Part shown: one piece after another, positions 13,501 through 23,633 of the stretch | How the letters are laid out: each line of letters opens with the position of its first letter | Numbering within the stretch: the stretch's first letter is position 1 | NCBI GenBank assembly: GCA_051294375.1 | Contig: CM119265.1 | Location: 12,950,124-13,014,123, forward strand | Length of the DNA: 64,000 bases | Reading direction: 5' to 3' | Source of the DNA: Paraspadella gotoi | Taxonomy: Eukaryota > Animalia > Chaetognatha | Position numbers and translations under genes: made by a program | Notes under the pieces: generated by a model | Told to the model about the DNA's origin: nothing | The model's input: only the letters and a program-made list of their open reading frames with translations | Databases searched by the model: none

Positions 13501-15452
13501 AATTATCATCTAGAAGACTATAAAAGAAGCCAATTTTCTTATATTCTCATATCGGAAGATGTGGAATGACGTCAATATTGTAAATCCTAAGTATCGTTTT
13601 AATTGGACCTCTTATCATACTTCAAAAAAGTATCAAAATGTCCCCCTTCTTTTTCAACATATTTGCCTTTTATTATTTTTACCAATTCTGACTGCCGCTT
13701 TCAAATTTATAAATCTGGTGGCTAATTTCTTCTCTTGAAATTAAAGTTCTTACTTGCATTTTCTTTTAAAATAAAAATTTTGCGATGGAAACCGCACTTT
13801 CATTTAAACCTGATAATTTTATGTCAACATCATTATAGAATGAAAAAAGAAAAATAGGACAAGGTCTTCAGACACAATGCTATCGGAATCGCTAAATTCG
13901 AAGTCTTTCATGTAACAGGAACAACAATCCTGTTTTTAAACTTTCCCGTTCATATCTATAGTAAAAAAGTGGTTTCAAGTTTCTTTTCCCTTGGCCTATT
14001 TGATAGGGTAGTGCGTGGTAATTTAGAACAATTTTGAAAGTAATCTAATTTTTCGCATAGTAAAGTTCTTTTTTAAAAAAAATCTCTGGTGATATATCTA
14101 AGAAAATGTCCCCGCTACAGGTTTATGTATTAATTTTCATCCTGCGGCCCCCTCATTTTTCTTAATCTTTTTAATTATAGTGTATTTTCTATTTCCTTTT
14201 CCAAATATTTTTATTTATATTATTTTTATATTAATTTTGTCTTAATTTTTTCTTATACTAATTTTTTTACCATATTTAGGCGTTAAATTCCATTCAAAAT
14301 CTTTTGTATTGCTAGAATTAGATTTTTTAACTTTAATATTATAATAATTTTTTCCGCCTAATTAATAAACAATTGTTGCTCACTCTTATTATTACTTAAT
14401 AAATTATCACTAACAATAATGGAAAGTCAAGTTGGTTAAATATTAAATGCAGAAAAAAAATTATAAAATATCTGTACAGAATTTTTAATTTCATTTTATA
14501 TGTCGGTGTTCCGAATTACCCCGCACTACCCTATTAACAATTTCATCAAATTCTATAAAACAAATAGGACAAGTTCTTTAGACAAAAAGCTATCGGAATC
14601 GCGCGTTTTTAAAATTTCTACCAGAATTTCTTACAGTCGCGTTTGAAAAGTGGGTAGTCAGATTCGAACTGAATTCTCTATGAGTAAAATGTTGAAATAT
14701 TTTTAAAGCCAAGCTAGCCGCCTATATCATCATAAAAATTCAAAGTGAGAATAAGCTTACAAAAAATTTTCCGAAACAGCCCACGATATGGAATGATATA
14801 CAGACAAATGAAGATCTCTCATGGGAAGTAGCAAAAGTTGCAGAAAAATTAACCCAAAAGTCGGTTAATTTGCTGACTTCGCCGTCGATAGGAAAACTTA
14901 GAAAAGCTAAGTAAGTGAAATTTAAAAATTACGTGCCTCCCTAGCAATAAAATCTATTAAGGTATGTATATTATCAAATATCCATAATCTTTGAAGGCTT
15001 CAGTCACTCAAACCGGTACAAGTTGACGGCCCGTCTATCGACCAGTGCGCCGGAATCATTGCAGAGAGCCACTATAATCCTCAAACGATGCTAGATCCAT
15101 TTGAAATGAGGCGAGATTTTTTCGCCTCTTTCAGCCCGCAAGAGTTAAGACATTGGCAAGACGCAGCCGCACATCTTGGGTCATCATCGAGACGGTCATC
15201 ACCTTTGCCACCAGCATCTAACCGTGGGGAAGGTAAGCCTGAAAATGAAAGTGCAAAGAAATGCAAAATGCGACTTGTCTAATGCGATATTTTAGATCCG
15301 CTGTTGGCTTTCACCAAAAACTACAATACAATGGGAAAAATTGACCACGAAAAGATTCAGGCTTTTCGGCAATATGCTGCTTCGCACAGGTAATACAATA
15401 AAAAAAACATTCATTTGTAACATCTCCCAGAAACAACAGGAATTGTCTCTAG
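10510..15452 (+). CDS. Unidentified multi-exon protein-coding gene (boundaries uncertain)
   Basis: Phase-compatible AG/GT exons at about 14710-14910 (KLAAYIIIKIQSENK...), 14997-15232 (LQSLKPVQVDGPSID...MLDPFEMRRDFF...), 15296-15389 (DPLLAFTKNYNTMGKIDHEKIQAFRQYAASH) and 15431-15452 (RNNRNCL*). Candidate upstream exons at 10510-10601 and 12458-12560 do not join cleanly in phase. No family recognised. Confidence 0.5.
11700..11902 (+). mobile_element. Degenerate copy of the 47-kb LTR-like element with a broken twister motif (11763-11854)
   Basis: Shares gcgttggcaaagcgagaccgtcct...cactgagggtcggaagcc...gagatgcccc...caggcaa.cccggct with the reverse complement of 47155-47408. It has an internal 20-nt tandem duplication and has lost the P4 3' strand. 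Confidence 0.75.
11921..12030 (-). pseudogene. Penelope-like element GIY-YIG endonuclease remnant
   Basis: The minus strand translates GIYKFQCPCSDKS/[frameshift]KSVYIGQTSGNFKTR*NEHKAIE, the GIY..CxC..YIGQT..R..EH pattern of PLE endonucleases. Confidence 0.8.
13200..13560 (+). pseudogene. Second highly degenerate Penelope-like GIY-YIG remnant
   Basis: ORF segment VGGTRTDIRLRIPFKQH resembles YxGxT...R...H. Downstream frameshifted RRL*/KEANFLI resembles the RxxxEAxxI motif. Confidence 0.4.
14004..14533. mobile_element. MITE with TIRs atagggtagtgcg...cgcactaccctat
   Basis: About 27-bp TIRs. The same terminus recurs at about 62351. Confidence 0.7.
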
Positions 15453-16160
15453 GTAAAAAAATCGCATCAAATAGGACCATTTCCATAGTCATTTTACTTA
15501 AATAATGACGATATCCTAAACGTTGTGGCAGTACTATTTTAAAGCTGCCTTTCCGCTATCCGTCCTCAGTCTCAACAGTGCGTCCAGGGATCTATCCCTG
15601 GGTATTACCCATTTGTCCATCATATACTTAATCAATATTTACTACCACTTTTATAACTAGTGAAGCACAGTATAACATTGAAGTATTTAAATATTTATAA
15701 ATGCATAGGCAATAAAAATATTTTTTGTAAAAATTTTATTTTTTAAGACCGGATTCAGATAGCCCATAAAAAGTTGTCTTCACAAAGTATAATGCGTTTT
15801 TCAATATATCGATGATAAGTGGGTCAAATAAGGGAAAAACCCTTAAAAATCATCATCATCATCAACATACCATAATTTTTATAGTTTTTACTAATTTTAA
15901 CCAATAAAACATAAAAATTTTGAATTCTTGTAATAATATTTTTTATTTATTTTTTCCAAGCTCTACCCGAATTCGTTTTTAAAAATTCTGAATTTGAAAT
16001 ATAAAATTTTTATGATTTATAGTAATACGATAAACTTTAAATGCTTCTATGTTATTAACTATACATAAAATCTTAATTTTTTTTTTAATTTCGTTATCCC
16101 ACAGGGATGCTTTAACGTTATTTATATGACAGATCTCGTAGTATCCAAGTTATGATTTAA

Positions 16161-16228
16161 ATGAGACAGGACGTCGGGACCAGTTTAATCATGCCAGTGA
16201 TAGGTGGTCACTGAGGGCCCGCACTCCA
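16161..16228 (+). ncRNA. Degenerate type-P5 twister-like motif (24.5-kb subfamily)
   Basis: ATGA GA CAG GAC..GTT T^AA TCAT GC CAGTGAT aggtg GTCACTG AGGG CCCGCACT. P2 ATGA/TCAT is compensatory relative to ATGT/ACAT at 24.5 kb; L4 and P5 are decayed. The element's 5' end (TGTGGCAG) lies at 15524, separated by another insertion. Confidence 0.55.
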
Positions 16229-16897
16229 CGCCCCGGGTATCACTATTACTATTACTATAAATACATTGTATTTTATTATACTGTTCCTCAAACAATATGA
16301 GCAAAATATTTTTTTAATCGATAATCATTCTATCTCATGTCTAAATATCCTTGTGAATATACCGCCACACTTGTTTGTTTACACTCAAATAAATTTTTTG
16401 TTCCTGAGAGATCCACTCTAACAGGCAATCCCACCGTTCCCATAATGATATGGTAACCTATACCTGTATTCAAAACACATAACTCAAAAACTTAATTCGT
16501 AGATCATCCCCAGTCGGAAACGTATCAGCAACAAGAGAACGGACAAGACTAAACGAACCATTAAACCAGAATTCAAACATAAAATTAACCAAGGGTGAGT
16601 CACTGCTGATAAATCTAAAATATTTAAGAATTATCAAAGTTTGGCTTAAGATATACCGAGTAGTCCAACTTCAAAATTACGATAAAAAGTTATTAAATTC
16701 AGTAAATCGTTCTAGTTAAGGATACGAAACTGGCTTCGTTACGTGAAACAAAATAATAAGAACACGGTATTATGATTTTCAAACATACGTCAACATTTAA
16801 CAAGAAAAATAGCCATTAATAACGAATGAATTGAGCAGAACAACTGCGAAAAAACGAAAATTGTTTTGGGTAGTTTTTAAGTAATATTTTGAATTTT

Positions 16898-17454
16898 TTA
16901 AGAAGTTTCCTTCAGGGACTGGTCCTGGTGCAGGTCCTGATCGTTTGTTACTTCCTCGATAACGTCAGCCTCTGCCAGAACCGCTTCGTTCTCCTTCAAG
17001 TCTTTTTGTTGTTTCTTTTTTTCCACAGAAGCTTTCTTTTCGTTAAGATAAGCTGCGGGAGAATAGGTTAATGTGTTTAAAAACCTTTTTGAATCTAGTA
17101 TAACTGCGAAAAACCTTGACGCTGACCTTCCCAGTTACTTTTAAGCTCCGGAACGAATCTCTCGAATTCCATCTCTTCCATCGCCTGGAAAATGTCCTGC
17201 GCGCTGAGAGTCTTTCGCTTCCCACGTAGAGCGAAGTTGTTCGCGCATGAGGTCGCGTAGAGGACAAACACGGAGGCCGCTTTCGAAATCGCTTGCCGCG
17301 CCTCTTTAGAGACACTGATGTTTTCTGGAAGCTGCGAACAGGTCCAGTGGAAATAATTTTTTTAACCATTGCAATGAGTTAATATTACCGAGTCCTTGAT
17401 TATCCGAGATATTACTGTGAGGGGAAGATTAAGATCCTCGGGTCTTTCAGCCAT
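16898..17454 (-). CDS. POLE3: DNA polymerase epsilon subunit 3 / CHRAC17 (histone-fold)
   Basis: Three exons give [22 protein letters not shown]|[64 protein letters not shown], the classic POLE3 histone fold. Confidence 0.95.
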
Positions 17455-17548
17455 TTTTATCCTTTTTGGCTTTAGAATACCAAAATTCTAAGATACGAAG
17501 CAATGGAAAAAAAAAATTAGGTTGGGTCACATAAAACTTAACAAAATG

Positions 17549-19238
17549 TCATGAAATTTCGTCTTCTTCCTCTTCCTCTTCCTCTTCGCGCAATTGGCTA
17601 TTGTTCGATAAAGCAAGATTAAGAGGAGTAAGGTCGATATTTTTCGCTGACGGCGACCCTTCGCCTGAAAGGTGATATTTGGAGACCACATCAAAGTTGG
17701 CGTCGACGTTTCCAGTTTCGAAGTCACCCAAGTCAAGTTCGAAGGATGTCATTTCGGATGGGGGAGAGCCTATTTTTGTCACTCCGCTTGCTCGGAACCC
17801 GCCAGTCATGCTCGTCAAGTGGCTGAGATCACGGGTGTAAGTTGGGGCGGGATCGACTGGCGGTTGAACAACGGGCGAAATATCTGCAGTAAATATAATT
17901 TAATAAACAGAATGGCCGAAGTAGACTTGCAATTAAATAAATGTTCAACTTAAAGGATTGCCTGGTTTTCGTAGAACCCAGTAAATAAATGTATTCATTA
18001 TACTGAAGGTAAAGAAAAAAATCTTAAATTTAAAAGCATAAGGATCGTCGCAATCGCATAAGAAAAATCTGGATTGACGACAAATTTTGATACTAAAAAA
18101 ATAAAATTTGAGAAAAGAAAATTAATTTATAAACAGAAAGAAAAAATACATTTTGCGATTGTCAATTAAAAAAATAATAAAGTACTGAGGAAAATTTAAG
18201 TTACAGTTTCTGAAAAAAAAAGTTTTTTTTTGTCATTGTCAATTATCATTATTAAATAAACTGATCAGCAGACGCAGCCCCTGAAAAAAAAATTTGAGAA
18301 AAGAAAATTAATTTATAAACAGAAAGAAAAAATATATTTTGCGATTGTCAATTAAAAAAAAATAAAATACCGAAGAAAATTAAAGTTACAGTTTCTGAAA
18401 AAAAAATTTCATTGTCAATTGTCAATAAAAACGCAGAGAGAGAGAGAAAAAAAAATCAAAAGGCAGCAGCAGAAGCAGCAGGAGAAAGAGAGAAAAAGAA
18501 TAGCCCCTGCAGAGCCAGCTGCAGACTCATTTTTTTTCCATGAATCAGTGACTAGGAAAAGAGAGAGAGAGAGAAAGAAATATAAAAATAAAAGAGAAAT
18601 TTTTTTTGTTTTGATAAAACAAACAAAACATTTTTAATAACTGTCCTGACTCAATTTTAAGGACATCGATGATGAGAAGCTGTAAATAAATTTTCAGCTT
18701 CATACACACAAATTTAATCATAAAAAAGGCGATCTATAATTTGGAACGCCGACGACGACAACGACGACGACGACGCCTACGCCACTTACGCCCAAAAGCG
18801 TTACTAGATCGTCGCAATCGATTAACTACCCATGATCCGACGCCAGACAGCAAACCGGATATACTAAAAAATATACTATTCGATATACTACGTAATTACG
18901 TATTTTAATGTCTAGCAAATTAAAGGCAAAGTAAAAATATTTTTTTCAAATGAGACCTTGCATAAAAAATCTACAAATATTAGTCAAATTTATAAGCATC
19001 CCGGTACCTAAATTTATTTCATCTTTGGAATATACTTCTTCTCTGGCTCGCCGCATCAAGCTGAGAATAGTGAGTTCTTCAACCTGGAGATAAAAAAATT
19101 ATGTATACACTCAAGTAAAACTGCAAAAACTTTACATACCTTAAGTCGATTAAGTTGGTCGTTTATACGTGAACGAAACGTAAGGAGCAACTTTTCTTCT
19201 TCTTTCAGCGTAAGCAGTTGATCCGTTTTGCTCCCCAT
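17549..19238 (-). CDS. SNAPC5: snRNA-activating protein complex subunit 5 (SNAP19)
   Basis: MGSKTDQLLTLKEEEKLLLTFRSRINDQLNRLK|VEELTILSL matches the SNAPC5 N-terminal coil (DQLNRLKVEEL). The last exon ends in an acidic EEEEEEEEDEIS tail. Confidence 0.88.
18032..18825 (+). repeat. About 800-bp dispersed repeat with GA and GAC microsatellites
   Basis: Near-collinear second copy at about 58118-58940. Fragments at 29438-29500 and 63880-64000(-). Confidence 0.85.
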
Positions 19239-19595
19239 TTTAATAACTGAAGGGGAGAAGATAACTGAACAAGTCAGTGAAGAATTTTACTATCATCATT
19301 TTGATCGAAAAGGAAAATCTTATACTTCAATAAATAAGCAAGATAAACAAAGATCTTAAAATTTGCTCATTTGTTTATTCAATACGTAGTCATAGATCGG
19401 TTGAAGCCTTAACGCAATCCGATCCGAGCAAGAGCTCGTTGTGTCTTCATAAACGCAGTGCGATTGAAATCAGCAAAAACAGATCAAATTGAGATGTTTT
19501 TTTCGGGAGGTTCTATTTTTTACTTTCTGATGACCCCTTAACAGAAAACAGAAAACCAAAAAAACTAGTAATGAATGATTGAAAACCACGGAAAA

Positions 19596-20211
19596 ATGGT
19601 AAGTCCTTAATATACATTTTATAATCCAAAGAAAAAAACTTTTTAACAACGCCACTCAGAACCTGGTAGACTAAAAAAATATTTTAATAAAATGTTTGAG
19701 CATTTAAAAATGGCGACTAATAAAAACTAGAATATGAGGAAATGAAATAAAAATACCCTGTTCTATTTTCAGGGCTACATTCGGCTAAAAATCGTTGCAT
19801 CTAGTCTACTGCTAAATTACTATTTGGTTTGGGTCTTCGTCTTGGTATGGTTCCCATGACACGAACTTAGTAAAACACAGAGCTTAATTTTATGTTTCAA
19901 CTTTTTTCAGCCCACTGTACATCCGACCTCGCCGATCCACTCATACTTTTTCGATCGTTACTACGCATTAATGATTCCTTTCATTTTGACAACCCTTTGT
20001 ATCTGCACAATATGTAAGTTTTTAATTACTTGCAGATTTTATTTCAACTAAAAATGTTTTGTGAGCTTAACTTTTTCGCATTTTAGGCACGTATTTCGTG
20101 TGGGGAATCTTCAAATACTTGAATGGAAGAAAACAACGGAAAATAGAAAGAGCTCGGGCGTTGGCGTTAATTAAGTCAGAACCACGGACGAAAATGGAAG
20201 AAGCTTCTTGA
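19596..20211 (+). CDS. DPM2: Dolichol-phosphate mannosyltransferase regulatory subunit 2
   Basis: Exons ATG|GYIRLKIVASSLLLNYYLVWVFVL|PTVHPTSPIHSYFFDRYYALMIPFILTTLCICTI|CTYFVWGIFKYLNGRKQRK... give two TM helices with the DPM2 YYxxWVxxLP...IHxYF..R.YA..IP signature. Not present in the ORF track. Confidence 0.88.
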
Positions 20212-20441
20212 AAATAAATGACAGTATTTTTCCAGCATTAGATTGTTATTAAGATTGTTATCTATCAATAACGTGGCTCATTGAATACAAACTAAGTTTG
20301 TTATAACCTTCAAATTTAAGAAGAATTGAAAATCTGACAGTGAAACTTATTTGATAAAACAAAATGGCAAAATAAAATTCTTAAATAGGGAAAATGGGAC
20401 AAAAATGCCGATAAAACTCAAGAAATGGAATGAAGAAAGAA

Positions 20442-23368
20442 TTAAACGATTGCATACTGGTTGTACAGAAGTTCTCTGACTCGGTAATAGTCCTGACCAA
20501 TCATTCCTTCCATGGTGACTCTTCCTGCCGAATTCCGCTTGACTGCAATGACCCCGTTAACGATCAAAACGCCTCCTGAAAATTCGGCTTGAAACCCCGC
20601 CTTTACGAGATGTAGCTTAAAATCACTTAGTTTTGGTTCATTGACGAAAATGGTTTTGTGACCTGGGATTAAATAAAAAAAATTAAAATAGCAGCTAGCT
20701 GATTTACACGTTATTGTAACTAGATGTGATAGAACCAACCTAAGGACCTCGTTAGCGGAACCAGCGTCGGGACTTTATCAGCCACGGAAGAAGCTGAAAG
20801 GTCGAGATCTACTGACATTCCCCTCTGTTCTTTTTTCGTCGTCGGAGTCTTTCGTGCTCCAGAAATAATTTCATCCTCCTCGTCGTCGTCGTCGTCGTCA
20901 TGCTGGGCAATTCGAGAATCGTCGTAAAGCGATCGCTCCTCCCTGAGGATACCTTCCACCCATGCGATCTCGGCGTCCTTGGCTTTAGCGAACACCAGCG
21001 AGCTAAATAGCGAATCCTTGAGTTTCACTTGATAAATGTGACTTTCCGTAGTCGCGTCTACGTTTTCGAAAAGTTTTGGAGTAAGGATCTTTCCTTGAAC
21101 GATGCCCTGGGTGCGGCAATAATCGGCGAGAGAATTTGTCGCTTCAGACGTTCCATGAACAAGAATTAATTGACGCGGGCGCATCTGGGAGATAATGCGT
21201 TTAACGGATTCTCCATCAGATCTGCCTTCGAAGTCGATGAAAACCACATTCGCAAGAATCTCAAGCGTTTTGTTATTCATAAGACATTTGGTTGGGACGT
21301 CGGTCAAGTCCCCCGCGTCACCTTCTTCGGCAATTTCAGCACCTTCCTTGCCGATCGAAGGGAGGTGGGTAGAGTCATCCCCGGCACCAATCGCTAACGT
21401 AGGTGCATCGAGAATTCTAAAGTCCTCTTCCCTGATGACCTGGCCATAATCGTCCCACTTGATCTTATCCTCGCGCAGAGGATACATTGGGTAACACTTT
21501 TTGGCTTGTTTGAAAAAACCGCCCTTCGATTTGGAGTCCAAGCCGTACATAAGATCGTGCCGGGGAATTGATGCAACCTTCGCGGAGGCGTCACTGGCGG
21601 AGACACCTAAGAAACGAGCGTCGGCAATGTTGGCACCTCGGACGCCTTCCGTTCCAATCGCTTCCATCTCGTCGTCGCTGTCGTCGCTCGATGACTCCGC
21701 TTGTTCCATCGCTTCCTCCTCCATTCTCTTCTTTCCTTCCGCTTCTTTCTCCTTCTCTTTTTTTTTAAAGGCTTCCAACTCCGAGCCTTCCAGCCTCACG
21801 CGACGGTGCACGATGAGCGAGACTTTCCGCAGCATGGGATTCTCTATCAACTTTCTCGTTAACGTACCCGGCGAAGACCGGGAAGTAAGAATTATGGAGT
21901 TTCTCGGCGATTGGCACCATTCCATGAAAAGTTCTCTCGAGAAGCCGCATTCGAGGTCGGCGACGGAGGCTAGCACTACTTTGGGACTCGACACTCGAGC
22001 AAGCTCTTGAAGCGAGTGGCAGAGTTGGAGATGCTTGAAGTGAAAGGGGTTTGCGTGGTGATCTTCAAATGCGCGCAGGATTTTGTCGCTCATCCACTCG
22101 ACTTGCGACTTAGCGAATTCCACCACGTTATATGAAACGTTGTTGAGAAGTGCCAGGGAGAACTTCGAAAGGCCAGATTCCTGACTTCGCCACAACTGGT
22201 CCAGAAGCTGCGCCAGTTCCAACACACGACCCGCGGTGTCTACTGCGACGAGAACATTTCCGCTGTTACGCAGCGTCGTAAGAATGTTTGTCATTAATTG
22301 CTCGTCCCTGACACGGCGCCGCGTCTGTTGGTACGTGGCGTTAAAGGCGTCGGTGATGAGAAGCGCCGGCCGGCTGATTCCTTCCAAAACGCAACCATTG
22401 AGATGACGCTCTTTTTTGTGGTTATAGTCCACTGCGTAAACGATGTCCTCCTCGCCGTCTTTCATAATCTTCCAGATTGTACCGCCTGTTAATAAACACC
22501 AATTCAACAAAGAAATGGTTAACAATAGTCGGTGTCGATATTCAAATCATATTAACCAGCTCACCGATCATATGTCCGGCCGGAAGTGGGGTAATGGTAA
22601 GGCCATGGCCTTTACCCTTGAGGCCAACATTTTGCGAGTATTTAAGCTGAACGATCTTGTCGAAGGCCGCATCAACGTCGTCCAAAGTGAAGACATCGAA
22701 CTCTTCGTTATTCTTGTGCGACTGGTACAGATCATACATGAACATCTGTCCCATCTTGTATACGGGAATGGTGGCGTAGATTGGACAGTTTAGGCCGCAT
22801 TTGCCCACCATGTACGGCAATGCACCGAGGTGAAGATGATCGGGGTACGAAAGAAGGACCGCGTCGATAGATTTCACGTATTTCTTCAGTTCGTCGATGT
22901 GACGCATGTCGAAAAACTCGTTCCACCCGCAGTCGAGTAAAAATCGAAATTCGTCTACCTGCATGAATCAAATAGGTACATAAGCCTAAGAAAAATAAAA
23001 CTACTACTTTTTTCTATATTTTTTATGGTTGGGAAGGAGTGAAAGCTTTATTAAAAAAGGGACTACAATTAATGTTTCTACTAATGATAACCTTGTGGGG
23101 TATTGAAGGCGTGAAGAAATAGAGGGAAAAATAATGGTATATTTCGCGAAAAGTAGAAACGAGAGAATGTATCGCTAGACAAAATATACTGAGGGGCAGG
23201 AGGAGGAAAGAAGAAGAAGAGGAAGAGGAGAATTGGACGGCAGGCCAAATCCTCCTCTGATAACTAATAACTTTTAAAATAAAAATGTCTAAATACCTGT
23301 AGTAAATAACATAGCGGCGATTCGTCTTCAACTCCCGAAATGGCCTGGAGTTTAATGATTGACGTCAT
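20442..23368 (-). CDS. CPSF2: Cleavage and polyadenylation specificity factor subunit 2 (CPSF100)
   Basis: [24 protein letters not shown]|[12 protein letters not shown]..., [40 protein letters not shown], and C-terminal [15 protein letters not shown]. Confidence 0.97.
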
Positions 23369-23633
23369 TTTGGGTACTATAAGTAAGGATGATTTCGAAA
23401 AGCAGGGAGAGTTCGAAACCCTGCACAAGCAGCTTCACAAAACGCGGAACGAAAATCGTGCCGAGAAACTATTTAAAAATAACCCTGTAATATGACTGAT
23501 CAATATTTAACAAAATTACCTATATTAAATTAAAAAGATAAATACATAACATTTAACCGACAAGGGCCTCTTTGCAGAAATTTGTTTACAGTTTACTGGA
23601 ATAGATATATAGTAATTTCTTTCTTGTAAATCG

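Noticed and set aside
21501-22010. 169-aa antisense ORF (and similar + strand ORFs over FUBP, ABCD3, ASB)
   Set aside because: Shadow ORFs opposite GC-rich coding exons.
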